From Sphaeroforma arctica JP610 (lineage: Eukaryota), in assembly GCF_001186125.1 (NCBI RefSeq), contig NW_014039963.1:1-34932 (forward strand): a DNA stretch of 34,932 bases, given 5' to 3'. Every line of letters begins with the position of its first letter. Within the stretch, counting starts at the first letter, position 1. Position numbers and translations under genes: made by a program. This document shows, piece after piece, positions 22,766 to 34,932 of the stretch. The notes below the pieces were generated by a model. That model worked only from the letters and a program-made list of their open reading frames with translations, made no database searches and was not told the origin of the DNA.

Positions 22766-23521
22766 TGTAAGATTCGGTATAATAAAGGCGATACTAATGC
22801 CTTAGAATAAATAAACGCGTAGGTAAATTCTTAATATCGTGTAAATATCGATATAAATAAACGAAATGAGACGTTTAATAAAGTTAGGTTTGCCTCGTGA
22901 AAACAGCAATACTCTGAGGGATTGTGAGGCTGAGACATTGCCTATATATAATCCTCTCAGTACTGTTTCCGCCGAAGGGATTTTATTTAGTGTTTCGTTG
23001 TCGCTCTATTCTGGGACGTATCCGAGAGACTCATAAAATCCTATCTTTAGAAAAATATATATATAAAAAGAAAAATACTCTTGACTTCCTTAGTTATTGT
23101 CTTAACCAATAACTTGCCACTATCAAGAATTACCGACTTAGCCTTCATCAGACTGGCACATCTGGTTGGCTTATCGGAGGATCAACTAGGTAACGTTAAT
23201 AGTCCCTAGAAACCTATATTCGGTTGAGCCATCTCGCTACCGAAGTATCCACATATAAATAAAATTTGAAAGTAAATTTAGCTCTGTTAATAGAACTAGA
23301 CCAACTCTTTCTAAAACCCAAATATCTGATATGTCAAATGGAAAAGGTTTAATTAATAAAACAATTAAACCCCATTTTAGGAAACTTAAATTTCTCGTAC
23401 TATTAAGAGTACATTTAGGAAACTTAAGTTCCTCGTACTATTAAGAGTACGTTTATAATTTGCGTACTGCTTAAGAGTACGTTTATACATCGAGTCTAAT
23501 GTGGAGGCCCGGCTTATTACA
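22766..23521 (-). repeat. 5' LTR of inner element
   Basis: TGTAAG...ATTACA on the + strand; near-identical to 16544-17355 apart from U3 indels. Confidence 0.92.
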
Positions 23522-23585
23522 ATTTTACGGAGGAAGCAGTTGAGTACATGGTTGAATGAATGAACTCGACACTAGTGTCTTCTTT

Positions 23586-23592
23586 GGGGAGG
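23586..23592 (+). other. Polypurine tract of outer element
   Basis: GGGGAGG directly before the TG of the 3' LTR. Confidence 0.65.
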
Positions 23593-24039
23593 TGTAAGGT
23601 CAACCATGTTTACCTGTTCCTGGGCGTTAATAAGAGTGTGAGAACTTCTAAGTGTGGGTGATAACCGATAAGTGTGAAAACTAAAAAGTTTGAAAAGTTC
23701 TAAGTTGTATTGTGCGGTTTGTTGGCGAACGGCCGAGCAGGCTCCAAAGAAGAGGTGGTTGGTGTATGATTGGTGCTTTGCGAACCGAAGTGCGGTGAAA
23801 TATGAGCTGGAGGTTGGCTGATGACGATATATGTTGAATGGGCTTGTAAGCTCGAAATTGAGAAGATATACGATTTGATTGGCGGCCAGATTCTCAAGGA
23901 AATCCTTCGGAGATAGTATAAATATGTGGTTTAGTTCATTCAAGAAGTTCATTCTGCTAAGGTAGACATTTATTCAACAATCGAGGAAATAAATCTAAGT
24001 TCACCGTTACATTGTGTTTTGAGTCGATCTAGGAATACA
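23593..24039 (+). repeat. 3' LTR of outer element
   Basis: TGTAAGGTCAACCATG...AATACA, matching 10936-11476. Confidence 0.9.
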
Positions 24040-24971
24040 AATTTAGACTTCTCGACTTCCAACAGAAAATGTCAGAATATTTATTTTATAAAAACAAATA
24101 TTCATCGAACTACATGTAAATATGTATTTAGAATTGTAGATTGTAGGCTGTAGTGGTGTAGCCTGTACCTGTAGGACAGATATGGTAGCTCATCTTCGCT
24201 TTACTTTTACTGGTGGAGCCGAGCTACGCTCAATACGTTATGCCTATCTGCGTTACACTTTAAACGTAAACGCAAAAAGTTTTCTTTTTTAAAAGCGTTT
24301 TAAAGTATATCGGGGGCAAGTCGACCATGAAAACTTTCCAAGTTTGCACCTGAGAAATTGACCTTTCGTTGAATAACAGGGCCACGAAATGTGTAATGTC
24401 AATGAAATGCGATCCGAAAATATTCACAACTGACCTATTTGTAAACCCATAGGACTATTTTTAGGATAAACTTTGAACGTAAATGCTTATATTTTTCGTT
24501 TTAACGGGAAACGTAATGAGGTCAGGGGCCGGGGGGAACGCTTTCTCGCTCTACTAGTAGAGACCGTAGGCCAGTGTGCACAGAAGTTACACGATCCGAA
24601 GTTTCGGACTCATCGGCCTGGGCCCCGCGTTCGCCACTCCCGAGTCCCGGTATTATTTTTTTTAAACAAATATGTACTGTATGTAAATATTAATAATATT
24701 TACCCTAGTAAATAGCATACAATATACATAATAAATATTGTATTTATGTCTTCCTTTTTTGGTTTTTGGTTTTATTTTTTAACAGAAAAACCCCTCTGTT
24801 TTTTTAAAACAAAAAACAACAAAATAACAAAACCAAACCAAAACAATAAAAACGTAAATTTACTCCGTAGCCCAGGAGTGGAATGGGGAAGACACATAAG
24901 AGGCCGAGAGCTGAGAGCTGAGCGCAGTGAGCGCACGGAACTCAAGTAGCAAAAGGTTCATAGACGCGACG

Positions 24972-25313
24972 ATGAATCATACGAGTACTACGCGAGGCTA
25001 CGAGCAGGCGGGTTATGGGTACGAGAAGTTGGGTGATGGGTACATTATACATACATAGTTCATAATGCCACTGTGTCTAAGTCAGAGTGTCCCTGGTCCC
25101 ATCGTAATAAATTTTAGGCACAGGTGTCAGGTGGTCAGGTGCAGTTCGTGTATTTATGTCCTCCGGCTCCTGATGAAAACTGGTAAGCAATACTAACTGA
25201 TAATGTACGATCTTTTCCTCAGGACTCTGGACTCTGGAGTCGGTTCTGAAGTCTCCATAAGTGTATACGCTCTCTCAAGTCAAAGTGACAACAAGTCAGG
25301 TCGAAAACTATAG
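24972..25313 (+). other. Possible small spliced gene or gene fragment, product unknown
   Basis: ATG at 24972 after an AT-rich, hairpin-like promoter-type region; strong intron signals GTAAGC (25183), TACTAAC branch point, TTTTCCTCAG (25222). First-exon phase not resolved and no recognisable domain. Confidence 0.25.
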
Positions 25314-27132
25314 CCAATCTTTACTACAGTTCCCTTGTAGCAAAATTCGACGTCCAAGTCATAGATTCGAACGCGAATTAGCAAAGTGAGCCAGCACACA
25401 AGTTTTATATATTTTGCTTGGGAGGATACATGGTCGCGGGTCTTGGTGGCTGGTTGTGGATAAATTCGAATGGATCAGAAACAAGGTCTACTAGCCTATA
25501 CTTAAGACTGTGATGCTTGAAATAGCTAAGATGATTATGAATAGAATCGAATGATACTCAAACTGACGACAATGTACTAGTACATACAAACATGGAGTCT
25601 AGCATCCGGTCACTGGCGCTGTTGCAGACTAGGAAGGTGAAATTCGTCGCGGTAGAGTCATTTCTCCAGCGGGGCCACCGACCCACATCTTTACAAAAAA
25701 ACCTTACAGGTCTTGCTCCGAGAAAAATAGCCAATTCTGCGATTGATTCTCAACCACAAGGACAACAATATCGCGAATACTAACGCGAATAACTGCGTGC
25801 AGTTCCGTTCGCACAAATGGTATACAGCATGGCACAATCTGGTTATCTGTAGTTGCCAAACGAAGCGAGATACGAGTTGCATTTCGCAGTACGCAGTTTG
25901 GCTCGTGTGTGTCTCACATTTATAAATTTCATCATTGGTGGGGTTTCAATGTGTAAAATTATCGACACATGATAGTGTATTATCTATGTATCGGCTATAT
26001 GTCGTGATCTGCTGATAATTAACAAGGACATCTGCATTTTTGATCTCTTCACGAATATTTGGTTCAGGTTTCATATATTACTAAATTTTCAAGTATCTTC
26101 GCTAAATTTTTTCTCCAGTAGATGGACTGCGCACACATTGATTGGGAGATCTCAGAGTTGGCGGGATGCGGGCTGACCAATACCTTGCCACACGGCACCT
26201 TTTGCAGTTGGCGTTGAAGTACGCGTGTCCACACAGTCCACGATGGGCTATGGGTACTGGAAGAATGATAAACCATAAATTAGAACGACTCGCGTAAAGC
26301 AGTACAGAATAGGCTAGATTGGCCATCGGCAAGTTTTGCAAGCTCCCGATCGGTTATCGCGAAGTACTACCCTGATGCCATCATCTGCTAAACTCAGCCC
26401 TAGTAGGCTAAAACTATCACTATCGTCTTTATAATCGCCACATTTAAAAGAGGAGTTTAGGAATTTTGGTTGTATTTATAGAACGGTTTACAGTCGTCGA
26501 TGTGTAAAACCTGGGCAACACCTATGTTCACTTGAGAGCTATACAACTCTCCAGAACGTCACTATCGGCTATATAAGCTAACTACAGGCTATCACGCTCA
26601 CCACCACAAACATGCACAAAGGTTTTGTATGTATCGGTAAAAACGTGCAATTTACTGATGTACTCTTGCAGCATTGTCCGGAATGATAGTCCAGCGTACC
26701 ATGCATTTGCCGGCTTACCTGATGTTGGACCTAATGACGAGCTGGTGGCTTCGGATCGTGCTGATGATAGCGACGTCCGCTTACGTACTGTGCTTATCCC
26801 AACATACCTTATGATCGCGAGTGAGATATACGATGCAGGATAAGTGGCAACAATCAAATATAAGATATGTTGTACAGTTAATAACGTACGCGCTCATAAC
26901 TAAACATCATATCAGACACGCTGTGCGACACGAGAATGTCTGCAATGGGGCCTATAGATGATCGGATCCGATCTCGCCTATAAGCTATTTGATACGAATT
27001 CACCCACGAGAACAGTGCGAGAGTGCGATTGGAAACTTGAAGACTTATATACCCTTGGATCACAGTGAGGCGATTGTTTTGATTGTAGCCAGTGCATGAG
27101 ATGTCGCCACGCTCGGAGACACTTTGTGCTTC

Positions 27133-27336
27133 CATGCGAAAAGCGTGTCGAAACAATATACAGATGAGTATGCGAAAAGCGTGTCGAAACAATACACAGA
27201 TGAGCATGCGAAAAGCGTGCCGAAACAATACACAGATGAGCATGCGAAAAGCGTGTCGAAACAATACACAGATGAGCAGGCGAAAGCGTGTCGAAACAAT
27301 ACACAGATGAGCATGCGAAAAGCGTGCCGAAACAAT
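27133..27336. repeat. 36-bp tandem minisatellite, about 5.7 copies
   Basis: CATGCGAAAAGCGTGTCGAAACAATACACAGATGAG at 27133, 27169, 27205, 27241, 27277 (35 bp) and 27312 (partial), head-to-tail with no spacers. Confidence 0.93.
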
Positions 27337-28619
27337 GCTCCTGCAGGCTGAACGAGCTTTACGAGTAGAAGTCGATAATATAAAAACAACACAATTCATC
27401 ATTGTTCTCCAATGTGCATTCACGAATACTCCGATTACAAATACCTGCGATCGGAAGTAGAGGGGCCTTCGCTGGCAAGTCTCTGCATGTTACTTGAGCA
27501 CTGCAACATGGATCCGTCAGGTACGCTGGGTTGTTTGTGACTGCTTCTGCATGCCAGATTAGGATTAGCATATAGCTTGAGCTTCTGATCGTGAATAGGC
27601 TTCGCCCACAAACAGAAAAGAATACTGTTTCATCATCGCGCCGTAACTAATTCATGACATGAATACAGACTTGGATCCAAAATAGCGTAACGTCTTCGGC
27701 GGATTTGTCTAGCGCGTAGATGTTCAGTGTAGTTCATTATAGCACGGCAAGTACGTGATCTGATGTTGACCCCACATTTAACAGTATGCGCGTACATGTC
27801 CGATGACATGCATGTAAGCAACATACGCGTTTGTGTTTTTGTGTTCATTGTCGGGCATGGTAAAACGGAACTCAGAGGACGTACAATCGTGCAACTATAT
27901 TTTCGTACCTGAAACGTGTGCACTTTTCTAAGAGTGTGTACATTTCTTGGAATGGATAAAGTACAAGCACAGCCCATGGCTTTACCTTGAATGTGTGTAG
28001 GTCTCGTCCAGGCAAGGCTCATCGTAGTGCGGCGTATAGCTCCCACCACTTATCAGCGGTAGGCCGCCGCCTGAATTCGCACCGGTATATATTGGCGAGT
28101 CGAACTCTGTTCGCGTAAATCGTTTGGTGTGGGTAAGAACCAATATCGATCTGGCGTATTGTACTGCTCCAACTACTACAACAACGTTGAACAGGAGTAT
28201 CGAATACTGATAGTATTCTGTACCAGTGCAAGATGCCGTAGCATATGCACAAACTGTGCGCTTGGAAGGAAGAAACGAGGCTGTGGATCGTGGATCGCAC
28301 GGATACACCATGAGTAGTGGTACTATGCAGGTGAAGTGAAGTGAGCTCCACCCCACGTAGGTAGGGCACGTGCACACTAGGAAAGCCACGGAAACAAGCT
28401 GCACCAATCTACCCCACGGTTGCCCCAGATTATTAACGACTGTATGCCCAACATACTGAGCATCTCGCTCTCTACCCGCCACAGATCGTCCTATTAAACC
28501 CCTCGCCCAGTTAAGTATCCACTGGCGTGCAAATGTGAAATAAACTCCTGGAATATACGGCGCAACATGAGTTTAAATCAGTCGTACGGTAAGATAAAAA
28601 ATACGATATCAATACACAT

Positions 28620-29808
28620 ACCTGTGTCTGTGGTGGATGAGGAATCCGAAGTATCGCCTGTCGCTGTGTGATGGGGTGCGCTCCGACACGCCCGTAGTTG
28701 GTATCGTTTTGTTGCTGCTGAGAGTTTCAGAAAACAGGCGGCCAGTATAAGATTTGAGCGGAATTTTAATCAGAGGATCGCTTATTGGGTCAATTGCAGG
28801 CACGTGAACGTACAGACTTATACACAGTGGTATAGAATTGCACTTGTAAAGATACTCACACGTGTGCACAGTTGTATATATACTGATTTTCCTGGTGCCA
28901 CAACACTCACTTGCGCATACACATACGCCCCCGCTCACATTATCAGGTGAATTAGCAAGGGAATGACAAGCACAGAGACTCGCCAGTTATAACACACACC
29001 TGTGCCAGTAGTGGTGGGTTGTATATTATCGTTCGTATAATTATCCATATCCGATTCGACTGGAATTCTATCTGCTGCATTGATATCCGCGGAACGATCC
29101 GGTCTCGGTGTCTCACGCCCGTCAATATCTTTTGCAGTATACGAGCTTTCTAAATTGTCTATATCGTTGCCGTCTTCTGCGATCGTACTTGTGGCAGCCT
29201 TGTGAGTACTATATATGCGTGTTTCCTTGAGTCTCGTCTCAACAACACCAGTTCCTCCTTTATTGGCTTGTAGACCGGTTTCGGTCGTCACCTGAAATAC
29301 CTCTGATATTGATTGCTGGGTTGATAGTTTCTCCGCACGCACCATCCAGTAGCTAGTTTTGATGAGATACCATCGCGTCCACAGCTGTTGCCAAGCAAAT
29401 AGAAAATTAGTGCACCATATCTACACTGTAGTTTTCACAGACGAAAGTATTCTATACACTGTACGATATCGTTATTTGATCCCTCGCCTGTGGAGAAACC
29501 AACTGTTCTCCTACAGATTCTCACAACATACTTTTGCGATGATCAAGGGTGAAAACATCAAAAACATGATAGTCGACCAGGAGATGCCATATATGGTAAC
29601 TGCTCGGCGGCAAACCCTCAGCAGTATACAGGTGAGCGGCACTGTGACATAGCCAAACCGATCACTCAGTAGACTCACAGTGCAATCGCCCAGACCACTC
29701 AAAGAGTTTTTATTAGTCCTGCATGGCATAAGAGAGGATTTGGTTATGCTATGGAGCGAAATCCAAAGATTATATACATATATAAATAGCAATATTTATA
29801 TATTTATA

Positions 29809-29862
<54 letters not shown>

Positions 29863-30048
29863 ATATATATAGTGGTCGTTCGTAGTATAGTAGTTAGTTG
29901 TCTCGTAGNNNNNNNNNNNNNNNNNNNNGTTTACGTTACCGTTACGTACGTACGGTACGTAACGTAAGTAAGGTAGGTAGTTAGGTTTAGTTAGTCTAGT
30001 AGGAGAGAACTACAATATATATATATATATAATAATATATTATATTAT

Positions 30049-30110
<62 letters not shown>

Positions 30111-33100
30111 ATATCATGGGCTTCTGAATGATTGTTTGCTCTAGGATACACATGTGAACGTCGCTTGTGCTATGCTCGGCTATATGTATTGGTAGGAGTG
30201 TTTACTGACCGAATCAAACTATACAAATGTATACGTTGTGTATCTGACGCTTTCTCCGATGTGCAGAGCGATATTGATACTTCAGACAATATACATACCA
30301 TTGTAGCAAGTCCTTGGCCAGATCTAAACTGAGTTTATAGTATTCTGAATGGCTGAGTACACCCAGGTTGAACGTCAAAATCGCGACGTGCTGTCGTTTG
30401 AAGTGTCATTATATATATAAAAATTAGATGACGGATGAATTCAGAGTACTAGTGCAGGCAATCCCATGATCAAAGGCAAGTTGTACGACTCTGGAAGTGC
30501 AATAATGAAATTTGGATATCGAATGGGATGGTACTGATGTTGAGCTTAGTGTGATTGTCTATGAGCTATGGTGCCGTACTATAATGTACATTTATAACAG
30601 GTACTAGATATACACACGTATCTTATAAGCCAAGCATAGGCGCCTGTGGATATTGAGAACGATTTCGAGCATAAGTTGATAAAAAAAATTGACAGTAGTG
30701 GCTATATGTTTCGTAGCGAAGGGCCCGCTCCAATTTTCCAAGCCAAAGATTTATGTCGCCCAAATTCAACGGTGATTGTCTAGGACAACGTGTTTCAGCG
30801 AAGCGAGGAAAACGATCCCGAGATCCAGACGTGAACAACTTTAGAACCTATAATTGGAATCTGTGGGTAGCTTGCACTGACCTTGATCACATCAACGAGC
30901 ACTTCGACTCCCAACACCATTAGAGTGGCCGATGCAATGGCCGGCACCCACTCAGACGGCTGGTGCGTACGCCACCGCAACGCTTTGTGCATGAAGATCA
31001 ATAGCGAGAAGACCATCGCCTTACTCCTGCAAACACAGTGTTCACTTACGGAGGTGTATAAACAATCAAAGCGAAGCACCACTAGTGCAGTGGAAGAAAG
31101 TGTAGGGTCACAAACAGACGCCTGTCAGCTATGCCACTGCAAGGACGTGTGCTTGAAATCCAACGGCGAGAATTATGTGTCCATGCTTCTTTACGAGGAA
31201 CGGATTCTTGTCTAGTAACGAACGCCTCTAGGCTGTAAATGCGGACCGATACTCTAGGAGAAAAACCAAATAAAAATGGCCACAAACTTGCGCATACAGG
31301 ATACAAAAACATAGTATTCACCGATATACTATGAATTGTATCTATTTGTATTGCTAACAAAAAATGAGTACACTTGTCGGGCAGGGTCTCGATGGTGAAA
31401 CCGGTGAAGAAATAGTAGCCTCAACCCCCCAGGTTGATCATCGTATATTACGAACCACATTACAACACATTACGATAGTCCATTTAATCTCTGCATCAAC
31501 TTATCCAAGCACGTCGTATTCCCATACTGTACCGCCTTCTATTTTCCTCTACAGCAAACAACACGGAACACAACCAAGCAAACTTACACATAACATACCT
31601 CAATATTGCTCAGGCCACAATATGTACAAACCTACCTGTCGACCATATCATTAAGGCACGTGTTAAGCAGATCTTCCTTGGTCATGCCCGTAAAGTTGCC
31701 GCCTTTGAACTCTGGCATTTTGATCGCCAGCAGTAGTGCAAATAGCAGCTGGCCTCTGTCTATGGCTACGTGGAGGGTGGCGAGCTTCAGCGTCATGGCG
31801 AAACTGTGCAACGTCACGTACAGGCACGCTATAGCTGTCATCAACTGCAACGAGTAAGCGACCGTTTGTGTCAATATAGTTGCCCAAGGGCCTGTACTAC
31901 TTCCAAATCTGCAAGTTGCTTGTTGCTTTCAACATGGAGATGTCAGTTGGCCTCTACGTTCAGCAATGCAGCACTTGGTGTCGTGCCGGACTTACTTTGC
32001 GTCACGTAAAGCTAAAACCTATGAAACTGTCAGGTGCAGACAAACGACACAGACACCAAATGAATCATACAGCGCCCACATGTGTGCTTACGTCATTGTA
32101 AGTCCAAGCGGCACGTGACATGTCTCGCCGATTCACTCTCCCACTAGAACATACCGGAATGTACCAGGATTTATTGCGTATACTCCACATGAGCGAGCCC
32201 ATAACGCGCCGACCAATCGCTGTTAAGATGACATCACAGACGTCAAACAGATTATACAGCACCCACGTGCGTGTCCACGAGAGATGCAAGACCACGTGGT
32301 ACGCCTCGTCAATGTCCAGAAAATCAATGAGGTGTACTGACACAATGATGATAATCCCCTGACCAAATCAAGTGCGAGGTAATGAGTAGTGATAGTTCTG
32401 TGAAAACAGATGGGAACGAGATATAGTGTAAAAAAACAGATACGTTGGCGAGTGCAGGTTAATGAGTGCTCAAATACGGCTGCAGATAGTTCACATGTGC
32501 CACGCCGTCGACCAAAACAGGCAGACATGTGCAAGAAACAAGAAACGCATAAAAACTGCTAGTCCATATTCAATATAAAGTAGTTCTGTTGGGGTTTGCA
32601 ACGCAATAATGACCAATTATGAGTAAAACATAACGGATGCCAAACAACGGGTGCAGACTGGTATGTAAGGTAAAGGGCTTCAAGTATAATCATGTGTGAC
32701 GCAGCGGCTCTATATTGTGCCGAGTCGGAATGATCGGACAGTGTAAATTACGACATATGGTATAATATGAATGCATATTCTGGCAGCGTGACCAGATTGA
32801 GATCAGCAGAATGACTGTCAAAGGTTTGGGGTTGGGGTTGCTCTCACACACATTTGATAAGTTGACCGAGGAAACACAATTTTAAAAAGAAAGATAGTTA
32901 CAGAAAGTTGCAAGGATATGTTAGAATATACGAATGGATTGTATTACACCCATATATCCACGTGAATAGAAATGTGCGTATACCAACCACAACGTCTGTC
33001 ATATAAATTCCCGATAGTTTCACTATGTTCAGATTCACAAACCTGAACAGTGTCATGTATGTGTCGGGGGCTGACCGGATTGCTTGTGAGAATAGCAAAC

Positions 33101-34585
33101 AATCCTGAAACAAGACTGAAGCAGAAACGGATTGGCAATATCGTAACGCAGTAAAGTAGGCCGTCCTGAAACATTAGACAGCCGCGCCAAACCAATTTTT
33201 CCATCTCAATCGGACCTATAATATGAGAATACCAGCGTTTTGTTATCCAAGGTATGCACAGTCTGATTCTGTTTGGCACAAATATATACGATAACAGGAC
33301 GCAGCTTATTTAGAACAAGGCATGCATAGGCATACACGCACACACCAATATTGTACTTTAGCACATATACGAAACCAAGTTTCCTCCCCCATACGGCCAA
33401 CAACAACGTAAGGTATCCAAACACAGACATCATACCACAAGCATGTATGTACATACGTAGGCATTCGTGCGATCAAAGCATACCTAAAATTATAGAAAGC
33501 AGCTTCTCAGGACTGTTTTCGCCCTCTACCTCGGGCAGCTCCGCATTCCACTCAAAAATATCTGCAAATTGGCTACGGCCCCTCGCCTCTAAGGGTTCAA
33601 ACGAAGCATTGGGTGGCACCTGGCCCGTCCCTAATGTGGGCTGGTTCTGTCCTGTTTTTTTATTTGATTGTTTACGTTCCAAATTAAGATTGGGCTGGCA
33701 TCCTGGTCCCGGTTCCCTGCGATTGTGCAGTTGCGGTGTTGTATTCGGGTTGCTTTTAGTGTGCATATTCATTTTCAAATGCTCATCAAGTGTTTTAGGC
33801 GTGGCACCAGTGTAGATTCCATTGCTTGTTACATCTGTGGGTGTATTGATATTTTCTATGTTTGTGTGTGCTTCATCCGTTCCTAGATTCAAATCTGATT
33901 CATCTCTTTCCTGATAGGTGTGTGGTGCTTCCCGCTCTAGATATGTGTGCGTGTGTGCCCGTATAGCCTGTAGCCTGTCGTCCAGCTCAACACCAAATCC
34001 TGTGCTAGTGGGTGCGAGCATGCGAGGTAGGGTATGTATATGCGAATTCATGTGCACATCCAGTTCCGAATTAGCTCCTACGGCTTCACCAACGGTGTCC
34101 TTAGATAGCCACTGCTGAATTTCGTTCGCCTGCTCTGTTTTAGTTTTCTGCATCTCCTGTTCACGCTCGAGACTCGATTTGAGATCTGAGAGTGGAGAAT
34201 CTAGACTACGCTGATGTGTGTGAGTGTTTGGCTGCGATGAAGCAGGCAGATTCCCCGGAATGTCTGATGTTTTATTGTGAGTAAGTTGTGTATTGATCTC
34301 GGTTGTTTGATACGGATAGGTTTGCGCTTGGCCGCCTTCCTTTCGGTCAGGAGAAGTCTGCCTTCTGCTATGTCCCTTTGTAGACGTCCTTTTCCGTCTA
34401 CAGTCTTTTGTCTTTGTAGAGATTGGAGCCGTTCCCTCCTTTCCTGTTTCTTCAACGTTTTGACAAGATCCAGATTGTTCCCATGCGTCATCCTGGAGGG
34501 CTGGTTTTCGAGCAAGAACGGTGTAGAGTACAGCAACGAGTTTGATTAGACAAGGACAATGGACAAAATCGCGACCTGCATTCAT
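28620..34585 (-). CDS. TAPT1: TAPT1/Emp65 (DUF747) family multipass ER membrane protein, spliced; gene ends approximate
   Basis: Exons in TAPT1 order: EMEKLVWRGCLMFQDGLLYCVTILPIRF (~33043-33270); GIIIIVS...AYHVV...VLYNLFDVCDVILTAIGRRVMGSL (32155-32358); LYVTLHS...ATLHVAI...EFKGGNF...DLL....DMVDR (31636-31844); MVLGVEVLVDVIK (30882-31026); YETYSHY (~30640-30838); SDRFGYVTVPLTCILLRV (29532-29718); LWTRWYL... (from ~29384). Most exons have GT-AG boundaries. Long low-complexity first exon (about 33484-34585). Confidence 0.8.
29790..30114. repeat. (TA)n microsatellites flanking gap 29909-29928, intronic
   Basis: TA tracts seen directly at about 29790-29870 and 30015-30114. Confidence 0.9.
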
Positions 34586-34932
34586 ATACCCTTGATGCAG
34601 GATGGGGTTCGCTCTAATTCTCAAATTTTAAATGCTTTCTCAAATTTTCAGGGTTCACGCACAGTCGAAGCCATATCAAAACAGCAATGCTGCAATACTT
34701 CCAAAACTATACCATAAATAACGAAGGAATGATAAAGGTTCCCAAAAAAACACAACAAATAACTGTTCAGATACAACGTATAAAACGAACGCTCGAGGAT
34801 ACGGAACCGTAAGATAATATATATATATATAGACATACATATACCAAACCCAAACCCACAATCACATATGAACAAAAAAAAAACACATCCATACATACAA
34901 CAATAATAAACATACATATCAATAAAAATAGC

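Larger units (their letters stand above)
16544..23521 (-). mobile_element. Inner chromovirus-like Ty3/gypsy LTR retrotransposon (defective) carrying a DNA adenine methyltransferase-like domain
   Basis: Direct LTRs 16544-17355 and 22766-23521 (TGTAA...TTACA); exact 4-bp TSD ATTT at 16540-16543 and 23522-23525; minus-strand PPT; gag-PR-RT-RH-MTase-IN-chromodomain on the minus strand. Confidence 0.93.
10936..24039 (+). mobile_element. Outer Ty3/gypsy LTR retrotransposon (defective), interrupted by a second element
   Basis: Direct LTRs 10936-11476 and 23593-24039 with TGTAA...TACA ends; PPT GGGGAGG before the 3' LTR; gag with CCHC knuckles, then PR-RT-RH-IN order. Flanks AAAT/AATT form an imperfect 4-bp TSD. 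Confidence 0.9.

Noticed and set aside
16544..23521. Inner element as a DIRS retrotransposon because of the MTase
   Set aside because: It has direct LTRs, a TSD, a protease and a DDE integrase, with no tyrosine recombinase or inverted/split terminal repeats.
27133..27336. 36-bp repeats as a CRISPR array
   Set aside because: Units are head-to-tail with no unique spacers, there are no cas genes, and the context is eukaryotic. It is a minisatellite, and the overlapping repeat ORFs are by-products.
29929..30000. Odd GTTACGTACG/GTAGGTAG low-complexity stretch
   Set aside because: It lies directly beside an N gap and looks like low-quality read-end noise.

Overview
Eukaryotic, intron-containing draft-assembly DNA with three N gaps and (TA)n tracts. 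Gene content and style suggest a unicellular eukaryote, possibly an opisthokont such as an ichthyosporean; this is inference only. From left to right: (1) a spliced single-domain rhodanese gene (+, 420-2747, catalytic exon probably in the gap); (2) an intronless 1804-aa two-TM receptor-type class III nucleotide cyclase (-); (3) a 13-kb nest of two decayed Ty3/gypsy LTR retrotransposons, the outer on + (10936-24039) and the inner on - (16544-23521, 4-bp TSD ATTT); (4) a 36-bp minisatellite; (5) a spliced TAPT1/Emp65 (DUF747) family gene (-). The most striking observation is in the inner element. It is a chromovirus-like LTR/DDE-integrase retrotransposon whose pol carries, between RNase H and integrase, a DNA N6-adenine methyltransferase domain of the type normally seen in DIRS tyrosine-recombinase retrotransposons. 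It also has a divergent chromodomain and a possible Tf1-like self-priming site instead of a tRNA PBS. All domain calls come from manual motif recognition, not database searches.
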